This document shows positions 55,801-64,000 of a DNA stretch of 64,000 nucleotides, piece after piece. The DNA comes from Rhynchopus sp. YZ270_cl-10 (Eukaryota): positions 1,736,001 through 1,800,000 of the forward strand of contig OZ037839.1 of assembly GCA_964035575.1 (NCBI GenBank), read 5' to 3'. The translations under genes and the position numbers were made by a program. Within the stretch, counting starts at the first letter, position 1. Each line of letters starts with the position of its first letter. Below the pieces are notes generated by a model. That model had not been told where the DNA came from, did no database searches, and was given only the letters and a program-made list of their open reading frames with translations.

Positions 55801-56482
55801 TCTCGCATGCATCAATGACGATAACCAATACAGCTGGGAGGATGAGCTGTGTCCCTCTGCCTGGGCACACACGGCTTTGGTGATGAGATTGCTTCCTGCC
55901 TTGGGTGGGAGGACGGTCATGACGCAGGCTGACGAAAAGGTGAGGCGGAAGTTTAAGGTAGCGCTTGCCTGTGTGGACGACGACATGAGCACCCTGGAGC
56001 TGGTACCGCTGCAGCTGCGTGAGAGCAAAGACTTCATCATGGCATGCCTGGACCTAGAGGGAGCCAAGGACAGGCTGGACGTCTCTCTCATTGGCGACAG
56101 ATTGTGGTGCGATGCCGACGTCGTGACGAAGGCCATTGCCACGGCCCCCACCGCACTGCGCAGAAGCATCCTGGAGATACACAAACACAAGACTCTCTTT
56201 GCGAACCGTGCCTTTATGTTGGAGTGTGTGCGCCGCGATGCGAGCAACCTGCAGTATGCATCAGAGGCCCTGCAGGACGACGTCCACGTTGTCCTCGAGG
56301 CGCTAAGAAGCAAGGTCTCTGCTGCCGCCTTTGCACGTCCGTCCGTCCTGCGCCACCCACGTGTGCGTGCACTTCTCTGGGGGCACAAAGCAGTCCTTGC
56401 AGGCTGGCTCGCCTTCATCATCTGCAACAGGTTCGCAAGGCCGCTCACAGGTGGAGGCCTCTACGGCCCGCTGGGAATGTGA
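52895..56482 (+). CDS. UBL + long DUF4116-repeat protein (~1195 aa)
   Basis: MEVYLR...VEVGEFDTIGQFRENAAQEFG...LHMDGVSIGDD is UBL-like; many LxYASxxLxxDxxVVLxAV repeats; hydrophobic C-terminal stretch. Confidence 0.85.
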   Translation: MEVYLRYALTAEEVGVEVGEFDTIGQFRENAAQEFGCDTEHVELHMDGVSIGDDEELVSAATSLTHASVVDVVVSMDVFVEHIRNGTRCYTDLPDSVQRDIPCALAALQSNNNRAEFRDLPPEVQTHPTIVEHLASSPDIFETAHPSAWHDEDFRSAVLTATNGYCLSWDCCEDLRSDRDTVLGCVQRNGDMLEYASSELKKCPVIVLASVQCCASAIQYAAEEVRADQDIFTAAVVGGVGEPTWLPEALRADRGLAMRCVRMRPKALHVFSDELRGDQFVVAAAGSLEYASEDLKKDKEFAISCVGKNYQNLEHVDESLQSDRDVVMAAIAHYKGAFRFACNSIRDDPELALQCSTECTYVAEYYGETLCQDKGFIMSAIRENAGVFRNLKGQWRDDEDVAKLAIEASAGNFRSCSATLRDKHAFVLFAVQKGANLRYASAALHSDTELCRAAAAAAPHNDLEFAPPALRDDFEFVKKAVSTQGTDLQYASAALQDTYDIVLAAVQHSSQGFLYASPRLRKCETLAREALGHMHWRNRDGRSTYMSCLEFLGTYLLDDKAFILSLAKPAVFPYVSKRLQADRDVVLSCVHHEGSYLHYASSDLRDDRAVVEAAVTSTTQNNSALTSASIRLQRDHSLVLLAVTHCGHSLQYASSDLQNNIDIVRAAVAQEWDSLKYANKTLLHTTDIVHSVLPEHPRALKYASAEVRNDVSIVGPLAKKDVRCLSYAGPAVLSDRAFILSAVQQNPVAMQYASQELRDDPDIAAALIEHPAGDQVPPLSPELLGNKDFMMKAIAKHQTWFLNASVRLQNDPGFVFLVVRKEEPHTVAYIIRHAGAGVRADYNTMLEVVTKCSGSLEHASRALRNNLDIVTAAVLKDPHSFEHASAALRNCKRVAMLAMRGWAYNLRHASETLQNDPEVVLCCIAQDEDTIQYAGPSKDSYRFAVKAVRKQWSVFESLSPTLRTNPNFILACINDDNQYSWEDELCPSAWAHTALVMRLLPALGGRTVMTQADEKVRRKFKVALACVDDDMSTLELVPLQLRESKDFIMACLDLEGAKDRLDVSLIGDRLWCDADVVTKAIATAPTALRRSILEIHKHKTLFANRAFMLECVRRDASNLQYASEALQDDVHVVLEALRSKVSAAAFARPSVLRHPRVRALLWGHKAVLAGWLAFIICNRFARPLTGGGLYGPLGM

Positions 56483-56799
56483 TATGATATGTATTTCGGG
56501 AAAGTCATTACGTTTCCTTCTACAATCTGCTGTTGCAGGCGACAGTAGGCGGGTACTTTGGTGCTTTCATCCGGATGGCTGGCATCGTACGTGGGTCAGT
56601 CGGAGGTGCCTGCATCAACAACTACAGTTTATTTCCCCCAACCAGACCCTACATCACAACGCAGACTCATTTGATTTGCGTCTCGAATAGTGTTTCCCCC
56701 CCGAGACAATTCCCCTGGTGACGAAACACCTATTTAATTTGCGTTGTTTTGTGTAAACCATTTTGTCATTGTACAAAGAGGGGTGACGGAGCAGAGATA

Positions 56800-57798
56800 C
56801 AGTGTGTCCCAGAATTAATGTCACCTGGCGACATTTTTGAAAAAAAATGCAAAAGTGGACAAATTTCGTGACATTTTGACCTTGTCGTGAAGAAAAAGTG
56901 TGTAGGGGGTGAAATATTTACATTGCAAGTACCCTTTTTGGCAAAAAAGGGTCAACAAAAAAAAAGTGAAGTGGATAGTGGATAGTGTAAATGACTCTAG
57001 GGCGCAGGCACGTAATGAAGTAAAAAACACATAGCCGCCTCCGCCCGTTGATAAGGTCAGGTCTACCCAGAAGCTTCACGCATGGGGTGGGCAAAAAGGA
57101 TCACGACCAGCGGTAAGACTAAGCTCTACTTCTTCGAGGGATCGCCCAATGCGGAGAAGTACCGGACACTGTTGCAGAAAGCCCTCAAAGAGATAAAAGA
57201 ACTCCTTCCTGACAGGAGCTACATCTTTCAGCAGGATAGGGCTCCCTGTCACACTGCCAACACTACTCAAGCCTTCCTCTCCACACAGCCTTTTTCGTTC
57301 CTACCCAAAGAAGACTGGCCAGGAAACTCCCCTGAAACTCGCCTCAATCCTATTGAAAACCTGTGGGCCAAGCTGCAGACTGCAGTCAACGAAAGGGAGC
57401 CCAAAGACGTGGCGACACTTAAACGTATCATCAACAAAGAATGGTCAAAGATGGACACGAGCTTCGTTGCAGGGTACATCGAGTCAATGCCACGACCCCT
57501 AGAGGCAGTTCGCCGGGGATGCACACAAAATATTAATACATGTTCTACTTGATTTTGTGCACGCCTATGTGTTTTTTACTTCATTACGTGCCTGCGCCCT
57601 AGAGTCATTTACACTATCCACTATCCACTTCACTTTTTTTTGTTGACCCTTTTTTGCCAAAAAGGGTACTTGCAATGTAAATATTTCACCCCCTACACAC
57701 TTTTTCTTCACGACAAGGTCAAAATGTCACGAAATTTGTCCACTTTTGCATTTTTTTTCAAAAATGTCGCCAGGTGACATTAATTCTGGGACACACTG
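56800..57798 (+). mobile_element. Internally deleted Tc1/mariner element with ~235-bp TIRs
   Basis: TA TSD (56798-56799, 57799-57800); TIRs 56800-57034 and 57565-57798 starting CAGTGTGTCCCAGAATTAATG. Confidence 0.95.
57082..57552 (+). pseudogene. Tc1-family DDE transposase C-terminal fragment
   Basis: FQQDRAPCH and WPGNSPETRLNPIENLW (a disrupted SPDLNPIE); DNA-binding domain and first Asp are missing. Confidence 0.88.
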
Positions 57799-57949
57799 TA
57801 CACCTACGCTAACCCTTTTCTGAGCTCCCCCTGTTTGTGTTGTTGTTGTTGTTTTTGTTGCTTTTTTTAGTTTGCACCAATTCACTCTTGGAAATGGCTA
57901 CTAAACCTGCTCTCGCCCTAATGTGATGAGGTGCTTTAACCTTTGTTTT

Positions 57950-60900
57950 ATGCTATCACAACCACCGGTGCCAATTGCATCTGTTCGTCAGTGTGCTTGC
58001 AGTCGGTGGTTGTCTGTTTTCTGATGGAGTGCGAAACATGTTTCATGACCAAAAACCCGAACCTGTTCAGACCAGATCTTCTAAAAAAACAGAATTCTTC
58101 CTACATATGTACCTCCCTTTTTAGGCCTTCTCTGCAACACATATCTGCTGCTCAAATACCCCCCTCCCATCGCGCCTATCTTGCTGACGTCGCGTCCACA
58201 CACTGCTACCCACTATGATGAAGACACTGAGGTGCAGCACCGCATGACGCACTTCATTGGTGCAAATGCGAACCCAAAGCCGTGTTGTGCAGCTTCATCG
58301 CAATGCCAATAAGCACAGAAGTGAGTCGCATTCACCGTTTTGCTGCCTTTTGTCAGAACAATCAACGTCAACACATCCTCTCATTTCCTCTTTAATTCCT
58401 ACCCCACCCCGTTGTAATAATAAGACAACATTGTGCAAAACAGAGCAACACTTCACTCGAAACAATGGAACTGTGTGTGCAGGGATATGATGATGACACC
58501 AAATACGTGATTGAGGTGGGTGAGAACGACACAACGGAGACGATGCGGCAGAAGGTGGCGTCTGCAACAGGGTTGTGCGAAGACAGCTTCCGCATGGGCT
58601 TCGGAGGGAAGGAGGAAGGAGAGGACATCACAGAACTGAGTGCTGGAGACACAGTCGTGTTGACGAAAACTACTAAGTACGCATCTGTTGAGGAACTTCG
58701 TGCCTTGGGTGAGACAGACATTTCCGAAGCGAGGTTGGCGACTGTGGACGATCCTGAGGTGGCTTCTCTGCTTCTTCAGGCGGAGGTTGCGACTGTTCTT
58801 CCTCGCCTGTTCTTGTCGGAAGCATCGTTTACGAGACTTGATCTCTCTGCTGTGTCTGGGGTGACGCGAATTGAGCACAACTTCCTCTTCAACTGTGCGT
58901 CGGTGGAAACGGTTGACTTGTCGGGATTGTGCAACGTTACGCACATCAAACAACTATTTCTCTCTCGCTGCCCATCGTTGACAAGCCTTGACGTGTCAGG
59001 GTTCACGGGTGTGAAGGTGATAGGGAACTGGTTCCTCCAAGGAAGTGGCGTCACAAAGCTTGACTTATCCGCGATGACGAGTGTGAAGACGGTTGGTGCT
59101 TGCTTCCTCTCCGACTGCGAGTCGTTAGAAAGCATTGACATCTCAGGATGGCGCAGAGTCACGCACATTCAGGACTACTTCCTCAAGAACTGCACCTCGT
59201 TGGCAAGCATTGATGTATCAGCTTTTTGCAGTGTCACGAAGATCGACTCCCGCTTTCTCATCAACTGCTCGTCGTTGACCACCATCAGCTTTTCAGGGAT
59301 GACCAATGTGACGGACATTGGGCACAGCTTTTGTAAGGACTGCACCTCGTTGGAAACGATTGACTTATCAGCACTGCACAGGGTTGTGAAGGTGGGTTAC
59401 GACTTTCTAATGAACTGCACCTCGCTGGGAAGTATCGACCTTTCAGCTTTTGGGAGTGCGACAGACATCGGTCACTGCTTTCTTGTTCAGTGCTCATCAT
59501 TGAAAGCAGTTGATTTATCAGTGTTGCGCAGCATCACACACATTGAGCAACACTGGATGCGAGGGTGCTCCGCGTTGACAACAGCAGACTTATCAGGACT
59601 GAGCAATGTTACGCAGATTGGTTCACTGTTCCTGCAAGGGTGCACATCCTTGACTACGCTTGACATGTCAGGTATAGGCTGTGACACAATGATCCAATAC
59701 ATATCTCACCCGCATCACTTCCTGCTCAACTGCAACGCACTCACAACAGTCGTCTTGCCAGGCAATATCGACATGCACGAGATATCAAAAGAGGACCGTA
59801 GCATGTTGCAGTGCACCGATGCACCCTTCCATGTGTGTGTGCGTGTCATGTACGCAAGGTTTGCTGAACAGTACGCAGATGTGCGGGTAGAACGCTTTAA
59901 TGCAGCACGACAAGACGTGTCTGGAGATGCAAGACAATGTATTGCATTGAAAGCAGGACAAGAAGGAGAAGGTTTGATGCAAGCACAAGAGGACGAGGGC
60001 AAACAGGAGCAACAAAAACAGGAGGATTTGGATGGTTTGGGGCAGGACAAACAGGAGCAACACAAGCAGGAGGGTTAGCAGGACAAACTGGAGCCGAACA
60101 AACAGGTGAAAATATCGAATTTCATTCTTAGATACACCTCTGTGAGCTCTTGGGGAATCCGGGATTTTTAGCGTTTTTAGCGAAAATAAGGATCTACCCT
60201 GTTCATAACTTTTTTTTCTCCGCCGCCCGCCGGATTTGGGGGGTGGTCAACACGCCGGATGGATGCGATCAACAAACAACAAACAACGAATAAATAAAGA
60301 AGGGGGGTGTATTTCATTTTCTAATCCGGGGCGGGTTGGAGTAGAGCCACATTTGTTTAGGTTTACCTTGGGCCACGAGCACCCTGTACACTGTCTGAGG
60401 CAGTGAGGTGGATGGAGTTTTCGTCTGTGCTAATTGGTTATGCGTTAACACAGGCTGTGAATGCCTCTAGTTTTTTTTGTAGTCGATCCGCGAGTGATTG
60501 AAACAGGGATAATAACAGGTGCACCGAAAAAATCGGTGGAGTCTGCTCGTGTGTGAGCGATACGGACGGTGCCGAAATATCGGCGGACACGTACACGGGT
60601 GTGAGTTGCGTGGTTTTGTGTGTGTTACTGGCAGTGCCGGAATATCGGCAGGGACCGAACGCTCGGTCGTGCACGCCTAGGTGGAAAGGCTGCGCTGGTG
60701 GGGTAGTCGACTGTAACGGTTGAAAGGAGGGGGGGGTTATGAAATCATCAGCAAAGCTGAGGTGGCCAAGATAGCGATCTTGTTTTTGGGTGTGTGTGTT
60801 TCACCACAACCTCTCCTTTTTGTCTTTATTGTTTTTATTGCATTTTTATTGTTTGTGGGGGTGGGGGAAAAACATAAAAGGAACAGTCGGGTGCGGTTTC

Positions 60901-61681
60901 AATTTTTTACTTCCAGCAGCTTTTGGTATACATTTGAACTACATATGCAGTACATAACATTGAAGAATCAACGATGTGATACAGGATATGGGTCAGTGAT
61001 TACACAGAATCGACACCTTTGGTGTCTCAACAAAAACGAATTAATTAAGAAAGAGACTTTGAAGCTAGCAAAAAGAAATGCCTCGATAGTGAATGTTTTG
61101 TGAAGGCTTTGTGAATTTATGCGAACCACAAGTGAATTTTCCCGAACAAGAAATACCCAAATCACCCCATTTTACATCAAAGCCTTGTCAAGGAGTGGAG
61201 CCCATACTTCGCCCACAATGCTATCACAACCACCGGTGCCGATTGCATCTGTTCGTCAGTGTGCTTGCAGTCGGTGGTTGTCTGTTTTCTAATGGAGTGC
61301 GAAACATGTTTCATGACCAAAAACCCGAACCTGTTCAGACCAGATCTTCAAAAAAAAAAACAGAATTCTTCCTACATATGTACCTCCCTTTTTAGGCCTT
61401 CTCTGCAACACATATCTGCTGCTCAAATACCCCCCTCCCATCGCGCCTATCTTGCTGACGTCGCGTCCACACACTGCTACCCACTATGATGAAGACACTG
61501 AGGTGCAGCACCGCATGACGCACTTCGTTGGTGCAAATGCGAACCCAAAGCCGTGTTGTGCAGCTTCATCGCAATGCCAATAAGCACAGAAGTGAGTCGC
61601 ATTCATCGTTTTGCTGCCTTTTGTCAGAACAATCAACGTCAACACATCCTCTCATTTCGTCCTTAATTCCTACCCCACCCC
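57950..61681 (+). repeat. ~460-bp upstream block duplicated with LRR copies 5 and 6 (57950-58410, 61219-61681)
   Basis: Near-identical from ATGCTATCACAACCACCGGTGCC to TTAATTCCTACCCCACCCC. Confidence 0.9.
58465..60078 (+). CDS. UBL-LRR protein copy 5
   Basis: Intact 537-aa ORF colinear with the other copies. Confidence 0.85.
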   Translation: MELCVQGYDDDTKYVIEVGENDTTETMRQKVASATGLCEDSFRMGFGGKEEGEDITELSAGDTVVLTKTTKYASVEELRALGETDISEARLATVDDPEVASLLLQAEVATVLPRLFLSEASFTRLDLSAVSGVTRIEHNFLFNCASVETVDLSGLCNVTHIKQLFLSRCPSLTSLDVSGFTGVKVIGNWFLQGSGVTKLDLSAMTSVKTVGACFLSDCESLESIDISGWRRVTHIQDYFLKNCTSLASIDVSAFCSVTKIDSRFLINCSSLTTISFSGMTNVTDIGHSFCKDCTSLETIDLSALHRVVKVGYDFLMNCTSLGSIDLSAFGSATDIGHCFLVQCSSLKAVDLSVLRSITHIEQHWMRGCSALTTADLSGLSNVTQIGSLFLQGCTSLTTLDMSGIGCDTMIQYISHPHHFLLNCNALTTVVLPGNIDMHEISKEDRSMLQCTDAPFHVCVRVMYARFAEQYADVRVERFNAARQDVSGDARQCIALKAGQEGEGLMQAQEDEGKQEQQKQEDLDGLGQDKQEQHKQEG

Positions 61682-61794
61682 CATAGTTGAGAGAATATGA
61701 CTTGGGGTGGTTATTCTTGTTTTGTTGCATCTTGCCTCCCTCCTCCTCCTTCTCAACACTTACCCCAAAACAGAGCAACACTTCACTCGAAACA

Positions 61795-63965
61795 ATGGAA
61801 CTGTGTGTGCAGGGATATGATGATGAAACCAAATTCGTGATTGAGGTGGGTGAGAAGGACACAACGGAGACGATGCGGCAGAAGGTGGCGTCTGCAACAG
61901 GGTTGTGCGAAGACAGCTTCCACATGGGCTTCGGAGGGAAGGAGGAAGGAGAGGACATCACAGAACTGAGTGCTGGAGACACAGTCGTGTTGACGAAGTC
62001 GACGTACCAATATGTTAATAAACTTCGTGCCTTGGGTGAGACAGACATTTCCGAAGCGAGGTTGGCGACTGGGCGTACGGGATTAGTATCTTTTTTTCGA
62101 GAGAACCCAAGAGCGGCCAGGTCCTGGACAAGTACGTTGTGCTTTTAGACCTACAAACTGTCTGGGGTGGTGGGACCTCGGGGCGAAGGGTGCTTCCCGG
62201 GACCCCAATATCCTACCACAAGGAGCTCGAGTCGTGCATGGAATGCAGGGTACTCTGAGCCGATTACTTCCACAAAACTCCCAGATCCCAAGACCTCCAC
62301 GGGGGGCAGGCCTCCACGGAAACCCGCGACCGCCGACACCTTAGCTCCGTACTGCCTCTGTCTGTAACCTGCCGGTCCCCCACCTACCTACGCTTTTTGT
62401 GGTGTCTTTTTACGACGGTGGACCAAGGGGCTTTGCAGTGCAGTCAACGCCGACGGAGCGAGACTCGATTGTGACCGGGTGAAAAGGGAACCTTAGCCAG
62501 CGCTAACCAGCGGCAGTTTTGACTCAGGGAGGAGTTTCTCACCGCAGACTGGCGACACACCCCCACTTTTTCGGGGTGGCTGCATTCCTCTTCGGAACGG
62601 GGTGTTCCATCCTATTTTTAAAAACGTTTATCCGAAGCGAGGTTGGCGACTGTGAAGGATCCTGAGGTGGCTTCTCTGCTTCTTCAGGCGGAGGTTGCGA
62701 CTGTTATTCCGTTCGACTTCTTGCGCGAAGCATCGTTTACGAGACTTGATCTCTCTGCTGTGTCTGGTGTGACGCGAATTGAGTACAACTTCCTCCAAGG
62801 GTGTACGTCGGTGGAAACAGTTGACTTGTCGGGATTGTGCAACGTTACGCACATTGGGGACAAGTTTCTCCATCGGTGCCCATCGTTGAGAAGCCTTGAC
62901 GTGTCAGGGTTCACTGCTGTGACGGTGATAGGGAACTCGTTCCTAGGAGGAAGTGGCGTCACAGAGCTTGACTTATCCGCGATGACGAGTGTGACGACGG
63001 TTGGTGGGCTCTTCCTCCAGAACTGCAGGTCGTTGGAAAGTCTTGACATCTCAGGATGGCGCAGAGTCACGCACATTGCGAACGACTTTCTCACGGACTG
63101 CACCTCGTTGGCAAGCATTGATTTGTCAGCTTTTTGCAGTGTCACGAAGATCGGCTCCGAATTTCTCCGCAACTGCACGTCGTTGACCACCATCAGCTTT
63201 TCAGGGATGACCAATGTGACGGACATTGGTAACAACTTTTGTAAGGACTGCACCTCGTTGGAAACCATTGACTTGACAGCATTGCACAGGGTTGTGAAGG
63301 TGGGGTACGGCTTTCTTACGAGGTGCACCTCGCTGGGAAGTATCGACCTTTCAGCTTTTGGGAGTGCGACAGACGTTGGGAACAGCTTTCTTTTTGACTG
63401 CTCATCATTGAAAACAGTTGATTTATCAGTGTTGCGCAGCATCACACGCATTGACGTATACTGGATGCAAGGGTGCTCCGCGTTGACAACAGCAGACTTA
63501 TCAGGACTGAGCAATGTTAAGAACATTAATGCACAGTTCCTGCAAGGGTGCACATCCTTGACCACGCTGGACATGTCAAGTATAGGCTGTGACACGATGA
63601 TCCAGCACTACTTCCTGCGCAACTGCAACGCACTCACAACAGTCGTCTTGCCAGGCAACATCGACATTGACGAGATGTCTCTCCCGAATGAAGCCCAAGA
63701 GAACAATGGCTATGGCGTCACGAAGACCTTCGATGCATGTGTGCGTGACATTTACGCAAGTTTTACGGAACAGTTCGGAGGTGTGCGGACAGAAGATCTG
63801 GTACGAACAGACGTGTCTGGAGATGCAAGACAATGTATTTCATTGAAAGCAGGACAAGAAGGAGAAGGTTTGATGCAAGCACAAGAGGACGAGGACAAGC
63901 AGGAACTGGACAAACAGGAGCATGACAAGCAAGGGCATTTGGAGTGCCGGAGACACGCAGAGTGA
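61795..63965 (+). CDS. UBL-LRR protein copy 6, interrupted by an insertion (pseudogene, or spliced using intron 62061-62641)
   Basis: 5' part 61795-62070 and 3' part 62643-63965 are both open and rejoin as EARLATVKDPEV. Confidence 0.7.
62072..62630 (-). mobile_element. 559-bp non-coding insertion with 21-22-bp TSD (non-LTR/SINE-like)
   Basis: TCCGAAGCGAGGTTGGCGACT(G) at 62050-62071 and 62631-62652; no TIR or poly(A); strand assigned only relative to the 46804 copy. Confidence 0.85.
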
Positions 63966-64000
63966 CGCCGCCAGCTGCGCACTGCTCCGTCGAAGCTGTA

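Overview
Eukaryotic nuclear DNA. Signatures in the embedded 18S fragment (CAGCACCCGCGG; 3' end GTTGCTGTAGGTGAACCTGCAGCAGGATCATT) point to Euglenozoa; a diplonemid is my inference. All convincing host genes lie on the + strand: six ubiquitin-like (UBL)-LRR paralogues, two UBL-DUF4116-repeat genes, a 4-exon ARM-like gene, a WD40 gene and a helical-repeat gene. Five of the UBL-LRR copies have near-identical scaffolds but hypervariable residues at fixed positions in each of 13 repeats and look mosaic. One has captured an HMG box inside an FG-repeat tail, and one carries a 559-bp insertion whose 21-22-bp target duplication creates a frame-restoring GT..AG intron. The centre of the window is an 18.4-kb TIR-bounded composite (24030-42456) that can be dissected using empty-site copies. 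It holds a CMC/CACTA-like element, a captured 18S-ITS1 fragment, two abutting hAT elements and a probable DIRS remnant. The 18S fragment is itself split at the conserved GACTCAACAC site by a 6.7-kb TIR element encoding a polyQ/OTU protein with Josephin-like segments. MULE-, hAT- and Tc1-type non-autonomous elements and long perfect microsatellites fill the rest. Protein-family calls come from motif recognition by eye; no database search was run.
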